64,000 bases of DNA. Source: Eledone cirrhosa (taxonomy: Eukaryota). Positions 40,515 through 54,387 of the stretch are shown in pieces (within the stretch, counting starts at the first letter, position 1; every line of letters starts with the position of its first letter). The stretch is taken from NCBI GenBank assembly GCA_964016885.1, contig OZ024740.1, positions 249,798,001 through 249,862,000 of the forward strand. The letters are read 5' to 3'. The translations under genes and the position numbers were made by a program. The notes under the pieces are model-generated. The model saw only the letters and a list, made by a program, of their open reading frames with translations, had not been told where the DNA came from and did not search any database.

Positions 40515-40566
40515 TAGTACCACTGATGATGTTGCAGATGTGCAATGAAAGAACTTTGTTAGACTA
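40515..40566 (+). ncRNA. Candidate minimal hammerhead ribozyme
   Basis: CUGAUGA-U-GUUGCA(GAUG)UGCAAU-GAAA-GAAC-UU; interrupted stem I (UAGU..CA / UG..ACUA). Confidence 0.55.
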
Positions 40567-40811
40567 TATATATATATATTTATACCTGTATTTTTGACTG
40601 TTGGTCAGTCAATGATAAACATTGATGGCCAAATGAATTAACTATGGAGATATAAAAGATGCAGAAGCAAAAACCAACCAAACAGTGAGTGTGTTCTGTT
40701 GTTATTTCTGGCAATATTATTACAACAATATGACCCTCCCCAAGTATAACAATATTTGCTTCGACACGATTTCATATCAAAAACCTCGCAAAACAAACAT
40801 ATATATACAGA

Positions 40812-40864
40812 TATATATATTTCAAGGGCACCAAAACTTTGGTACGCTCTCATCAGATAAAATA
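40812..40864 (-). ncRNA. Hammerhead ribozyme remnant lacking the 3' strand of stem I
   Basis: CUGAUGA-GAGCGUACCAAAGUUUUGGUGCCCUU-GAAA-UAUAUAUA; homology to the 41501 copy stops at the predicted cleavage site. Confidence 0.7.
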
Positions 40865-41500
40865 CAGAGCTTGATTTATAAATATTGACATATCCAGGAA
40901 TTTGAACTACGTCTTCTTAAATATATATGTAAAATGTAAAATCAACATCCTTTGGAACTCATATTAGAAATGTAAACAAATTAATAAGTGTGTTTTATAT
41001 CTATATAAGCACCAATAATATTTATATTTATACACTTATTAATCTATATAGATATTTATATACTTACAACCTGTTGTAATATAATAAGATAAAATGTACT
41101 TACAACCATAATTCTTCATATAATCTAATTGATTATATATATAATATTATAACTCATAATTTAGCTAAATATTTTTTAAATTCTGGAATCATATTCCACC
41201 ATTCCTACAAACTTTTAATTTTTAACATTTCAATCTTTTAAAATTCACGTAAATACAAGCTTTTCTTTTTTCTTCCTATACATACATATATATATCCTAA
41301 TAATTATTTTAATCTACCTAACGTCTAAAAATAACGTTTTTTCCAGCCCTATGCCTCAAACTCATTTGCATATTCATCTTAATAATTTGAAATATTTGTT
41401 TTTTCCTCTCTTTCCCCCTCTTTCCTTTTACTATCCAGGTAAAACTTGAACCATTAAGGTCTCATTCCTGGATATGTCAATATTTATAAAACAAGCTCTG

Positions 41501-41560
41501 TATTTTATCTGATGAGAGCGTACCAAAGTTTTGGTACCATTGAAATATATATAATAGAAA
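41501..41560 (+). ncRNA. Minimal type I hammerhead ribozyme (PLE pLTR type)
   Basis: UUUUAU-CUGAUGA-(GUACCAAA/UUUGGUAC stem II)-GAAA-UAUAUA-UA^-AUAGAA. Confidence 0.75.
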
Positions 41561-41694
41561 AAATATGGTTTTATAAATATAGTTTCCATTTATTAATATC
41601 ATTGATATTATACTTCAGAAAACCCGTCGAGTGCTTTGAATCAGTTATAAAAATATATATTTGTTGAATTACCAACAAATTAAATATCTCTTTG

Positions 41695-41752
<58 letters not shown>

Positions 41753-41794
41753 AATATATATACATACATATATACATATAAATATATATACATA

Positions 41795-42022
41795 CATCAT
41801 CATCATCGTTTAACGTCCATTTTCCACGCTAGCATGGGTCTGAACAGGAATTGTCCCACTTGAGGCAAGATTGGTTGTCTTGCTCAGGACTGTCTGGGGG
41901 GTTTTCTACGGCTGGGTGCCCTTCCCAACACCAACCACGTTTACAGTGTGTACTGGGAGGTTTTTACCGTGTGACCTACACGGCCACATTACACAGTGGA
42001 CTGTATGTTTTTTTGTCGTGAC
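41795..42022 (-). mobile_element. RTE 3' UTR fragment with (TGA)n tail
   Basis: Matches 16000-16240 in reverse; flanked by (TA)n. Confidence 0.85.
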
Positions 42023-42042
42023 ATATATACATATATATATAC

Positions 42043-44494
42043 ATCATCATCATTTTACATCTGCTCTTCCCTGCTTGCAAGGGTGGGACGGGTCTTATTC
42101 AGCAGATAATCTCTCCACTTGTCAAGGTCCTTCGTCATCTCCACCATGAGCTTCAGCGATCTGAGGTCTGTTCTCACCATCTCCGCCTATGTTTTTCGTG
42201 GTCTACCTCTACCACGTCTTCCTTCAACTGGCATTTCTTCACCCATCGGTCATCCTCCATGCACATCACATGTCCATACCACCTCAGTCTCCTCTCCCGT
42301 ACACTACATTCTATCTCTCTCAGACAGTTTCTCTCTCAACACATTCATGCTGGGTTGTTCACGCACATCGTCACTGCACATCCAACGGAGCATGTTGGCT
42401 TCATTTCTCTCCAGCCGTCGCATATCCTGTGCAGTTGCTGCCCATGTCTCACTACCATGCAGCATCGCGCTCCTCACACAGACATCATATAACCGGCATT
42501 CCGTATGCAGGGAGAAACCCTTCTTCGTCAGCAGAGGAAGCAGCTCCCTAAACTTCTTGCAACCCATCCTTATTCTAGATACTATGGCCTCGGAACAACT
42601 CCCTCCTCCCATGCTAATCTGATCTCCTAGGTACCGGAAGCTATCCACCACTTCTATAGCGCCCACCTGCATTTGAAAAATGTGTCTATCAATGCGACTT
42701 CTAATGTCTAATTTCCCTGTACATCTACTGCATACATATTTCTCCCTACCTGTTAGTTTACCTGCTATCCCGCTACATCTCCTGTGTACCCAGGATCTGC
42801 ATTGTGTGCATTTTATATAATTTATGCTAGTTCCTTTTCTGCATATCGAACATGGCCATTTCCCTGACGGAATCAGAGGTTTGTCCTCTTTTCTACTCAT
42901 CAACACTTTTGTCTTAGCTAGGTTCACTCTCAGTCCTCTTGCTTCCAACTGCTGTTTCCATAGCCAGAATTTATTCTCTAGTTCCTCTACTGATTCTGCT
43001 ATAAGAACCAGCTCGTCAGCATAATGAAGTTCCCATGGACAGCCAGTCTTAAACTCCTCTGTTATGGCTTGGAGGACTATAATGAACAAGAGCGGGCTGA
43101 GGACCGAACCTGGATGTACTCCTACCTGTATCTGGAATTCCTCACTAAACTCCATTCCTACCCTGAATTTACTGACAGTACCTCTGTACAAAGTTTGCAC
43201 TGTCCTCACAAGCCATTCCTCAACACCTAGTTTCCTTAGGGACCACCAGATGACACGATCGAGGTACCCTATCAAAGGCCTTCTCTAGGTCAACAAAGGC
43301 TAAGTATAGTGGCTTATTTTTCCCTAAGAACCTCTCTTGCAATTGTCTCACCAAGAAGAGGGCATCTGTTGCACTCTTCCCAGGCACAAAACCAAACTGC
43401 ATGTCATCTCGTTTGACCCTTTCTCTAATTAGTTGGGCTAATATCCTTTCTGCCACTTTCATAACCCGATCCATCAGTTTTATACCCCTATAATTTCTCC
43501 TCTCCAGAGCATCCCCTTTACCTTTGTAGCAATTTATGAGAATACTGCTGCACCAGTCTTTGGGTATGACACCGCCATAAATAGCCTGATTGATGATGCG
43601 TGCAACCAGTTTAGTGCCTACGTCCCCTGATGCCTTCAGCATCTCAGCAACTATCCCTGACGGTCCAGCGGCCTTACCATTTTTAATTTCCTTAATTGCC
43701 TCTTGGACCCTATATTCGTCAATCTCAATAGCTGCTCCCTGTCGGATCTACTGAGGGTAATTTCTCTTTCTCCCATTCGTTCTCCACATTCATCAGTCTC
43801 TCATAATGACATTTCCAGGCCTCCTTTTTCTGATCATTCGTGACACTAAGTACACCGGCATCATTCCGGACACATTTATCTCCAACAACATCCTGATTTG
43901 CATTGATACACTGCCTTGCAATGTGGAACACCGCACACCTCTGATCTTCCCATCGCAGAACATTGGCAAACCTCCTACTCTCAGCCTCCCTGCGTGCTAA
44001 GTACACCTGATGTCTAGCTTCTCTCTTAGCGGCTGTATATTCTTCCCTACTCTCACCCTTTTTCCAAGACTTCCATGCTAGTCTTTTGTCTCTAATGGCC
44101 TTATCTACTGTGCTGTTCCACTACCAGGTTATTCTCTGTCTGGTTAGAGCTCTGCTCCAGCCACAAGTTTCATCAGTAGCCTGCAGTAAGTTGTCACGTA
44201 AGAAGTTATTATCTATGTCATAAGTCAATCCCGCCGAGGTTGACTTTGCCTTTCATCCTTACGGGGTCGATAAAATAAAGTACCAGTAATACACTGGATA
44301 ATTGCTGGCCTTATGCCTAAAGTAGAAACAATTATCTATGTCATACGTCTCTAAATCGACTTCTTTTTCGTCATACACATCTTGAAGGGCTTTCCTAAAT
44401 TTGTATTTTAGTGAAAGGTCTTTTAGCTTCCAGACCTTTCTTCTCCACACCTTCCTGTATGTCTCATTCCATCTCTTGCTTACTGAGATATCAC
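42043..44494 (-). mobile_element. 5'-truncated, decayed RTE LINE with a nested SINE
   Basis: ORFs 42304-43275, 43220-43642 and 43725-44006 are collinear with the 28831 protein. Confidence 0.94.
44223..44330 (+). mobile_element. 5'-truncated SINE with 15-bp TSD
   Basis: attatctatgtcata at 44208-44222 and 44331-44345. Confidence 0.9.
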
Positions 44495-44496
44495 AA

Positions 44497-44525
44497 ACAT
44501 ATATATATATATACATACATATATA

Positions 44526-44557
<32 letters not shown>

Positions 44558-45000
44558 CTTATACATACATACACATATACATACATATACATACATACAT
44601 ATATATACATACATACATATATATATATATACATACATATACATACATACATATATATACATACATACATATATATATATATACATACATACATACATAT
44701 ATATACATACATACATATATATACATACATACATATACATACATATATATATATACATACATACATACATACATATATATATATACATATATACATACAT
44801 ATATATATATATATACATACATATATACATACATACATATATACATACATACATATATATATATATACATACATATATATATATATATATACATACATAT
44901 ATACATATATATATACATACATATATACATACATACATATATACATACATATATACATACATATATATATATATATATACATACATATATACATATATAT
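44497..45000. repeat. (TA)n/(TACA)n array
   Basis: Visible. Confidence 0.97.
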
Positions 45001-45084
45001 GATGGCTGCCCCCTCGTTATCGAGTATGGCCATTGCACAATAAAAAAAAAAAAAAAAAAAAAAAAAATAAATAAATAAAAAAAA

Positions 45085-45151
<67 letters not shown>

Positions 45152-45159
45152 GGGAAAAG

Positions 45160-45190
<31 letters not shown>

Positions 45191-45300
45191 TATACATACA
45201 TATATATATACACACACACATACATACACATACATACATATATACACACACACATACATACACATACACTCACACATATATACACACATACATTAATAAC

Positions 45301-45337
<37 letters not shown>

Positions 45338-45416
45338 GCAATAATAATAATAACGACAACAACAATAATAATATACATATTCATATATATATACACACAC
45401 ACGCACGCACATAAGC

Positions 45417-45460
<44 letters not shown>

Positions 45461-48400
45461 GATAGCAACTAACAGTGCTGCGATCGAATGTGGCTTTTTA
45501 GCCCAGCCAATGATCTAAAATGTCTTGCACAGAGTCGGCAACCAAAACATTTACTGGGAATAGTCGGCTGTGGTTGGAGTTCGTGTACTTTTGCATGTCG
45601 CTTGAGTCCTCCTGCTGATTTACATTCTCTACCACATGTTTGGCAAGCATGATGAGTAGCATCTCCAACAGCAGCCTGGTAGTCAACCACTGGTCTTACT
45701 TTATGACTGCGAAGATGACTTTCGAGTCCAGCTTTGCTTAGGCAGAGTCTCGCACAGACGCTGCATGTCAGAAACATAGGAGGACCCTCGCCGTCTGGAA
45801 GTGCAACAGCAATACCCTTCCTCACGTCCCGCTTTACTTTCTCGTGTGCGATTCGAGATGCCTCAAAGGCAACTTTTCCCTCATATACAGTCTTTCTCCA
45901 TTTATTACGATCAGCAGCAATATTTTCCCATGTATCAGCAGAGATGTTAGCGTCTTTCAGAGAGGCCTTCAAGGAATCCTTATACCTCTTTTTTGGTTTA
46001 TGTGGCGGTCGTTTTCCTTTAACCAACTCTCCATAGAAGAGTTGTTTTGGTATTCTAGAATCCTTCATCCTGGCAAGGTGACCACTCCAACGGAGTCGCT
46101 GCTTAAGCACAAGAGCTTCTATACTGTCACACATAGAGCTCTCCAAAATCTCGACATCACTGATGTGGTCCCTCCAGCGAACGCCATGTATCCGTCTGAG
46201 ACACATCTGATGGAAACGCTCCAATTGCTTAAGGTGGCGTCGATATGTGACCCAGGTCTCGCAGGCATAAAGAAGACAAGAGAGTACACATGCCCTGTAC
46301 ACCTTTACCTTTGTCCTCCTGCATATGTCTCGCCGACCCCAGAGTCGCCTTTCTAGCTTTCCGAAAGCATCACTTGCTTTCCTAATCCTAAGTGAGATCT
46401 CACTGTCAAGGTTGCCGTATCGATTGACAGTGCTTCCCAGGTAGACAAACTGATCAACCACTCCAAGTCGTTTGCCATACACATAGATGTTTGGTTCAGT
46501 GTACTGCCTACCAGGTGCAGGTTGGTACATGACGACGGTTTTCTTGAGACTGACAGTCAAACCCAGGGCAGTGCAAGCGTCAGAAAATACATTCAAAATG
46601 TGCTGCATATCACTCTCTGTGTGCGCTACAAGATCGCAATCATCTGCATACAAGAGGTCTCTTATGACTGATGTAAATACTTTTGTCTTCGCAGCAAAGC
46701 GCCTGATGTTAAATATGCTGCCTGAGGTTCGATATCGGATGTAAACACCATGCTCGCAATTCCTGAATGCAATACAGAAAACCATTGCAAAGTATATGGC
46801 AAACAGGGTCGGTGCTGGAATATCCCCCTGTTTCACTCCATTTTTTACTGAGATAGGCTCCGACATGTTACCTCCGACATTAACCCAAGCCTTCATGTCG
46901 TCATGGAAAGACCTAACTAAAGCAAGGAACTTATCAGGGCAACCAAGCTTCTGGAGAACCTTCCATAATGCATCTCTGTTGACAGTATCGAAAGCCTTTG
47001 TCAGATCGACAAAAACCTGATACAGATCCAAGCCCTGTTCAATGCACTTCTCCTGGAGCTGTCTAGCTGAGAAGATCATATCAGTAGTGCCGCGTCCAAC
47101 ACGAAAACCAGATTGACTTTCAGGAAGGACACAATCTGCAATGTGTGTCAGCAGACGGTCCAGAAGCACCCTACATAAAACTTTCCCCACGACAGAAAGC
47201 AATGATATACCTCTGTAGTTCCCACAATCATTCCTGTTACCCTTTCCCTTGTACAAGACCACCATTACTGCATCTCTCCAGTCCTCAGGCACGGATTCAT
47301 TAGCCCATATCCTTCCAAACAGAGAGTGAAGATGTTGCAGGAGTCTCTCACCACCATATTGTAGGAGCTCAGCATGTATGCCATCCATACCTGGAGATCT
47401 TCCACTGTTCAGCTTCGAAACAGCCACTGCAACCTCCACAAGTGTCGGAGGTTCTGCGAGAGCTACTTTCACAGGACTTTCCGGAATGAGATTGAGGAAA
47501 TCTTCACTGACGACAGACGGCTGATTCAAAAGATCATCAAAGTGCTCTCGCCACCTTCGTAGAATTCCCTGTGAGTCACGAAGAAGTTCTTTGCCATCCT
47601 TGCTGCGAATCGGTGTCACCAGAGAAGAAGACGGTCCATAAACCTCACGCAAGAGACTGTACAACAGCTTTGTGTTATTGCAATCAGACGCAGTTTGTAT
47701 CTCACCAGCCTTCTCACTCCACCACTGATCCTTCATCTGAGAAAGACTCCGCCTAACACGTGATTTTACATCCCTGAGCTCCTCATGCAACGTATTCCTC
47801 TCCTGTGGTCTTGCCGTCAAGTAGCGTGACAGAGCGCGCCTCTTATCAGCCAACAAGTCATCTATATGCACATCCTTCTCATCAAACCAGTCCTGATGTT
47901 TTCTCTGCACCAATCCCAGAACACGTCTGCCTACATCATAAACCGACTTTTTAAGGGTCGGCCAATCCTCACCAAGATCTGCAGCCTGCATCTCTTCTTC
48001 CAATGTCCTCTTCACATTTTTATCCTTAAGACGAGCAGCATTCAATCTTTTGGGCAGGGCAACACCAGGAGCCCGGATTTTACGTTTGGTGATTAGATTC
48101 ACTTTTGCGCGTACCAGGCGGTGGTCCGTCCAGCACTCAGCTCCACGAAGAACACGAACACACTGCACATCCTGTCTGTCACGCATCCTGACTAGGACGT
48201 AGTCCAAAAGATGCCATTCCTTAGATGCAGGATGCATCCATGTGGTCTTGAATTTGTTCCTTTGTTGGAACATGGTGCTGGTAACACACAGATCCAGCTC
48301 CTCACACATCTGCAGCAAGAGCATACCATTGCTGTTACACTTTCCCACCCCATGCCTTCCGATTACATTCCATGTGTTAAAATCCCTACCCACTCTAGCA

Positions 48401-48505
48401 TTAAAGTCACCAAGCACGATGACTTTGTCTGCCTGAGGGATATTTCTATGAATTCTGTCGATGAAGAAAAACTGTCCTTTTACCATGCCTTGAAAGGTGT
48501 TTTAA
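45001..48505 (-). mobile_element. 5'-truncated RTE (BovB-like) LINE with about 1000-aa open ORF and three C-terminal C2H2 fingers
   Basis: [45 protein letters not shown]; terminal hairpin at 45001-45040. Confidence 0.93.
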
Positions 48506-48511
48506 GAAAAA

Positions 48512-48529
48512 ATACATATATATATATAC

Positions 48530-48562
<33 letters not shown>

Positions 48563-48652
48563 CATACATATATATATATATATATATACATACATATATA
48601 CATACATATATATATATATATATATACATACATATATACATACACATATATA

Positions 48653-48698
<46 letters not shown>

Positions 48699-48736
48699 CA
48701 TATATATATATATATACATACATATATATATATATA

Positions 48737-48796
<60 letters not shown>

Positions 48797-48853
48797 CATA
48801 TATACATATAGATATATACATACATATATATATATATATATATACATACATAT

Positions 48854-48902
<49 letters not shown>

Positions 48903-48911
48903 CATACATAT

Positions 48912-49000
<89 letters not shown>

Positions 49001-49089
49001 CATATAGGTATATACATATATATATATATATACATACATATATACATACATACATATATATACATACATACATATATATATATACATAC

Positions 49090-49124
<35 letters not shown>

Positions 49125-49187
49125 CATACATATATACATACATATATATATATATACATATATATATACATACATATACATATATAC

Positions 49188-49218
<31 letters not shown>

Positions 49219-49219
49219 C

Positions 49220-49312
<93 letters not shown>

Positions 49313-49410
49313 CATATATATACATACATACATATATATATATACATACATATATATATATACATACATATATATATATACATACATATATATATATATA
49401 CATACATATA

Positions 49411-49442
<32 letters not shown>

Positions 49443-49482
49443 CATATATATACATACATACATATATATACATACATACATA

Positions 49483-49514
<32 letters not shown>

Positions 49515-49600
49515 CATATATATACATACATACATATATATATATACATACATATATATATATACATACATACATATATATATATATACATACATATATA
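48512..49600. repeat. About 1.1-kb (TA)n/(TACA)n array
   Basis: Visible. Confidence 0.98.
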
Positions 49601-52188
49601 ACTTTGAATAACTTTGAAATGTTTTGGCCAGTATTGGCCCAGGCCATGTCTAACTTAATAGCACCACCTGGCGAAGTCTTTCAATTCAGGATTTGGGCAC
49701 CATGGCCCATTCGAGAAGAGAATTACTGTTTGCGGAGACATATCCGGGTGTGGGTGGTTTGTCCGGGATTACTTGGAGGAATTTGTCCAAAGACTTCTTG
49801 AATTTTGTGTGGTCAGTTTCTGTTTTGACGTGTCCTGGTGTGATGTTGAAGAGAGCAGGGCCGATTGAGGTGAAATAATTGTGCCGTATTGTTGTTATGA
49901 GTTGCGATTTAGATTTTTGAATGGGACGGATAGCACGGGGCCCAAGCCTTGGGTGTATCTTGAAGGCGATGCCAACATCATTTGGGCAGTGATGATGGAA
50001 CATTTTCCACATCATGCAGATAATATAACGCTCACGGCGACGTTGGAGTGAGTAAAGTTTCAGGTTTTCCAATCGACCCCAGTAGTCAAGGTCTGACATG
50101 CCATCTATCTTTTTCGTGATTGCCCTTTGAGGAGCTTCAAGTTTCATGATACTTTGTTTCGTGTGGGGAGACCACAGTGGACAACAGTATTCAAGGTGTG
50201 GTCGGGCGAAAGTAGAGAAGAGAAGGATAATGGTGCGGGAATCTCTCGACTGGAAGGTTCTGAGGATCCAGGAACACATTCTGCGGGCCATGTCAACTTT
50301 GCTGCTTATATGCGTGGTCCAGCTTATGTTGCTGTCCACGGTTACTCCCAAGTCTCTGATGTTGTTAGATGCCACGAGAGTTTCCCCGGAGGGAAGGGAG
50401 TACGGGAGTTTCAGAGCATCCTCTTTTCCAAAGTGGATCAGTTCGAATTTGTCTTCGTTCAGTAACATGTTGTTCTTTTCTGCCCATTGGGTAACAGCCA
50501 GTAGGTCTGACTGAAGGCTTATCCGGTCATCCACGCCATTGATGACCTTTTGGAGCTTGGAATCATCAGCGAAAATTTTAATGTTGCTGTGTTTGATGAT
50601 GTCAGTGATGTCATTAATATAGATGATAAAGAGAAGTGGGCCCAACACAGTGCCTTGTGTCACCCCACTACTGACTTTGGCTGGGCTTGATTTGACTCCC
50701 TCAACTACAACATGTTGGGTTCTGTTTGACAGGAAGCTCTTGATCCACTGCAGCAGCTTTCCAGTGACACCAATATTGGACAGCTTTCTCAGTAGAATGT
50801 TATGATCAACCCTGTCAAAGGCCTTGCTGAAATCAAGGTAGATAACATCAGTGTTGGAACCCTCTCCCAAGGCTCTCAAAATGTCATCAAAGTGATGCAG
50901 TAGTTGCGTCAGGCAATCCCTTCCATTACGGAATCCATGCTGGTTGGAGTTCAGCATATTGTTACTCTCAAGGAAGTGGGTCATTCGCGATCTCACAACT
51001 CGCTCAAATACCTTAATGATATGAGAGGTGAGTGAGATTGGACGGTAATTCACGGCAAGGGATTTGTTTCCCTTTTTGAAAACTGGGACAACAGACTGGG
51101 ATAGAAGGTTTTCTGGCACATATCCAGCATCCAGTGAGTTCCGCCACAGATTGGCAAGAGGAGAAGCAAGTTGGTGTTGACACGCCTTCAAGACACAAGC
51201 AGGGAACCTATCGGGACCTACTGCTGAATTATGCTTGATTTCCTTTATTGCCGCCAAGACATCAGGGGCGCCAAACGTTATGTCCGATAAGGTGTAATGG
51301 GGAGTAACATCGCCGATACAGCCCAGATCGGCCATATCAGGATTGCTGAAAACAGAGCAGTATTGTTTCTGCAGTATCTCACCCATGGTTTTAGCATTGT
51401 CTTGAAGAGTGCCATTTTCATCAATTAGAGGGCCAACAGTAGAGCCAGTGATTTTGTGTTTTTTTGCAAATGAAAAGAACACTTTGGGATTGAGTTTGAT
51501 CTTCTCAATGGCCCAGGCCTCTTCAGCTCTTCTCTGATTGTTGATGAGGGACATTATCTTGTTTTGGAGGTTATGTTTTTTAATCTCTAGTGATGAAATG
51601 GCAGTCAAGTTGATGTGTTGCTGCTGACAGTATTTCAGCTTGTTGATTTTTTTGTTCGTTCTCTTAATTTTTCTGATGAGCGTTTTTCTATTTCTAGGGA
51701 TTCTGCTCTTAGATTTGTTTATAGTTCTTAATGGGGTGTGTTTAGCACATATGTTTGTAACAGTGTCCACAAATGTCTGCCAGGACTTTTTGATGTTAGT
51801 GGGTGTATGAGTGTGCGTGAAGGACCAGTCGACATGTGCAAGATCATGACTGATCGCTTCCCAGTTTGCATTGTGGAAATCCATAGCGTCAAACGGATGG
51901 ACAGGAGAGATGACATTGGGTTTGTATATTGGACGGTGGAATCTCAGATCACAGAGAACCATGTCATGATCAGAGAGTAGAGTTTTCTCCACTGCAATAT
52001 TGTGGATATTGTCAGTGTGATTGCTGAAAATTAAGTCTAGGACGTTTTTGTGGCACCTCGTTGGTTCGAGCACTAGTTGGGATAGGAAGAAATCATCCAT
52101 GAAGTCAAGAAGCGATTCCACAGCTTCCCTGTCAGAGGTTGAGGCAGAAGAACCTGGTGGCAGGGTGTTTGTGGACCAGTCAACTCCG
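49599..52188 (-). mobile_element. 5'-truncated CR1-group LINE
   Basis: LSDHDMV, NYRPISLTS, YLDFSKAFD, FADD, RPHLEYC, LQRRRER; near-identical to 57642-60218. Confidence 0.95.
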
Positions 52189-53815
52189 AATGGCTTGTGA
52201 GAGCTATACAAGCCATGTATAAAGAAACAGTCAGTAAGGTTAGAATTAACAACGAATACAGTAAAGAGTTTAGCGTAAAAGTTGGTGTCCATCAGGGCTC
52301 TGTTCTTAGCCCCCTACTATTTATTATTGCCCTTCAGGCTATAACAGAGGAGTTCAAGACCGGCTGCCCATGGGAACTCCTATACGCAGATGATCTAACG
52401 CTCATAGCTGAATCAATGACCGAACTAGAGAAGAAATTCCAAACATGGAAGCACGGCCTAGAATCAAAAGGCCTTAAAATTAACCTGGCTAAGACTAAAG
52501 TTCTAGTTTGTAGGAAAGAAAATAAGGCGGCAGTCCCATCTGGGAAATGGCCATGCTCAGTGTGTAGGAAAGGCGTAGGTAGAAACTCCATTTTATGCCC
52601 CAAATGCAAAGTATGGGTGCATAAAAGATGTAGTGGGATCACAGGTAAGCTAACTAAGAACATAGATTTTACATGGGGCCGGCACTCTGGTGCAATAAGT
52701 AGCAGCAAGTGCCCACAAAATACTAGTTCCTTCAACTGCGCAGAGGGTTCTATAGAAATAGTGGACACCTTCCGTTACCTGGGTGACAAAATCAGTAGTG
52801 GGGGAGGGTGCTCTGAAAGTACAGTAGCTAGAGTCAGAACTGGATGGAAAAAGTTCAGAGAGCTTATACCACTATTAGCCGCTAGAGGGTTCTCCCTAAA
52901 AATGAAAGGCAGGTTATACGATGCCTGCATACGAACAGCAATGCTGCATGGCAGTGAGACCTGGGCATTGTGTGCAGAGGATATACGCAGACTAGAGAGG
53001 AACGAAGCTTGCATGCTCCGCTGGATGTACAATAGTAATATACGTGAACGGCAAAGCATAAACGAACTAAGGAAAAAATTAGAAATAAGAGGGATCAGAT
53101 GTTGTTTACTCGAGAGAAGGCTACGTTGGTACGGTCACGTGATGCGCATGAAAGACGACAGCTGTATAACAAAGTGCAGGGCAATAAAGATAGACGGTAG
53201 CCACGGAGTAGGCAGACCCAGAAAAACATGGGACGAGCTGATAAATTCCGACCTCACACGCTTACACCTCTCCAAGACAATATCACTGGACCGAGACCTT
53301 TGGCGGTACTCAGTAATAGAGAAGACCCGCCTTACCTAAATGCAGTAGGCATCTCTATCAAAACACCCCCCACGTCCCACCACCTCCACCCCATCCACAC
53401 CGCCCCTTTCAATGTAAAGTTATGTTGGTCCCACAACATCCAGGCCGAAACAAATGAGATCGTGTAGGTGTCACGATAAAAAAACACACAGTCCACGCTG
53501 TAAATGTGGCCGTGTAGGCAACACGGTAAAAACCTCCCAGACCCACACTGTAAATGTGGTTGGTGTTAGGAAGGGCATCCAGCTGTAGAAAACTCGACAG
53601 ACAGTCCACGTTGTATTGTGGCCGTGTAGGCAACACGGTAAAAACCTCCCAGACACACACTGTAAATGTGGTTGGTGTTAGGAAGGGCATCCAACTGTAG
53701 AAAACCCGCCAGACAGTCCTATGCGAGCAAGACAACCACTCTTGCCTCAAGTGGGAAAACCACCGTCCAAACCCATGCAAGCGTGGAACACGGACGCTAA
53801 ACCTGATGATGATGA
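52188..53815 (+). mobile_element. 5'-truncated RTE LINE; 3' UTR has a ~115-bp tandem duplication; (GAT)n tail
   Basis: ORF 52197-53339; the acagtccacg..gggcatccagctgtagaaaac unit occurs twice in 53488-53717. Confidence 0.94.
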
Positions 53816-53968
53816 TATATATATATATATATACATACATATATATATATATATACATACATATATATATATATACATACATATATATATATACATACAT
53901 ATATATATATATATATACATACATATATATATATATACATACATATATATATATATATACATACATAC

Positions 53969-54025
<57 letters not shown>

Positions 54026-54026
54026 C

Positions 54027-54059
<33 letters not shown>

Positions 54060-54140
54060 CATACATACATACATACATATATATATATATATACATACAT
54101 ACATACATATATATATATACATACATATATATATATATAC

Positions 54141-54173
<33 letters not shown>

Positions 54174-54349
54174 CATACATACATATATATATATACATAC
54201 ATATACATACATACATACATATATATATATACATACATATATATATATATACATACATACATATATATATATATATACATACATATATATATATATATAC
54301 ATACATATATATATATATACATACATATATATATATATATATACATACA

Positions 54350-54387
<38 letters not shown>

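Larger units (their letters stand above)
37496..40755. repeat. About 245-bp inverted-repeat pair (PLE pLTR-like); left arm split by an RTE
   Basis: 37496-37721 plus 40386-40405 is the reverse complement of 40504-40755. Confidence 0.88.
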
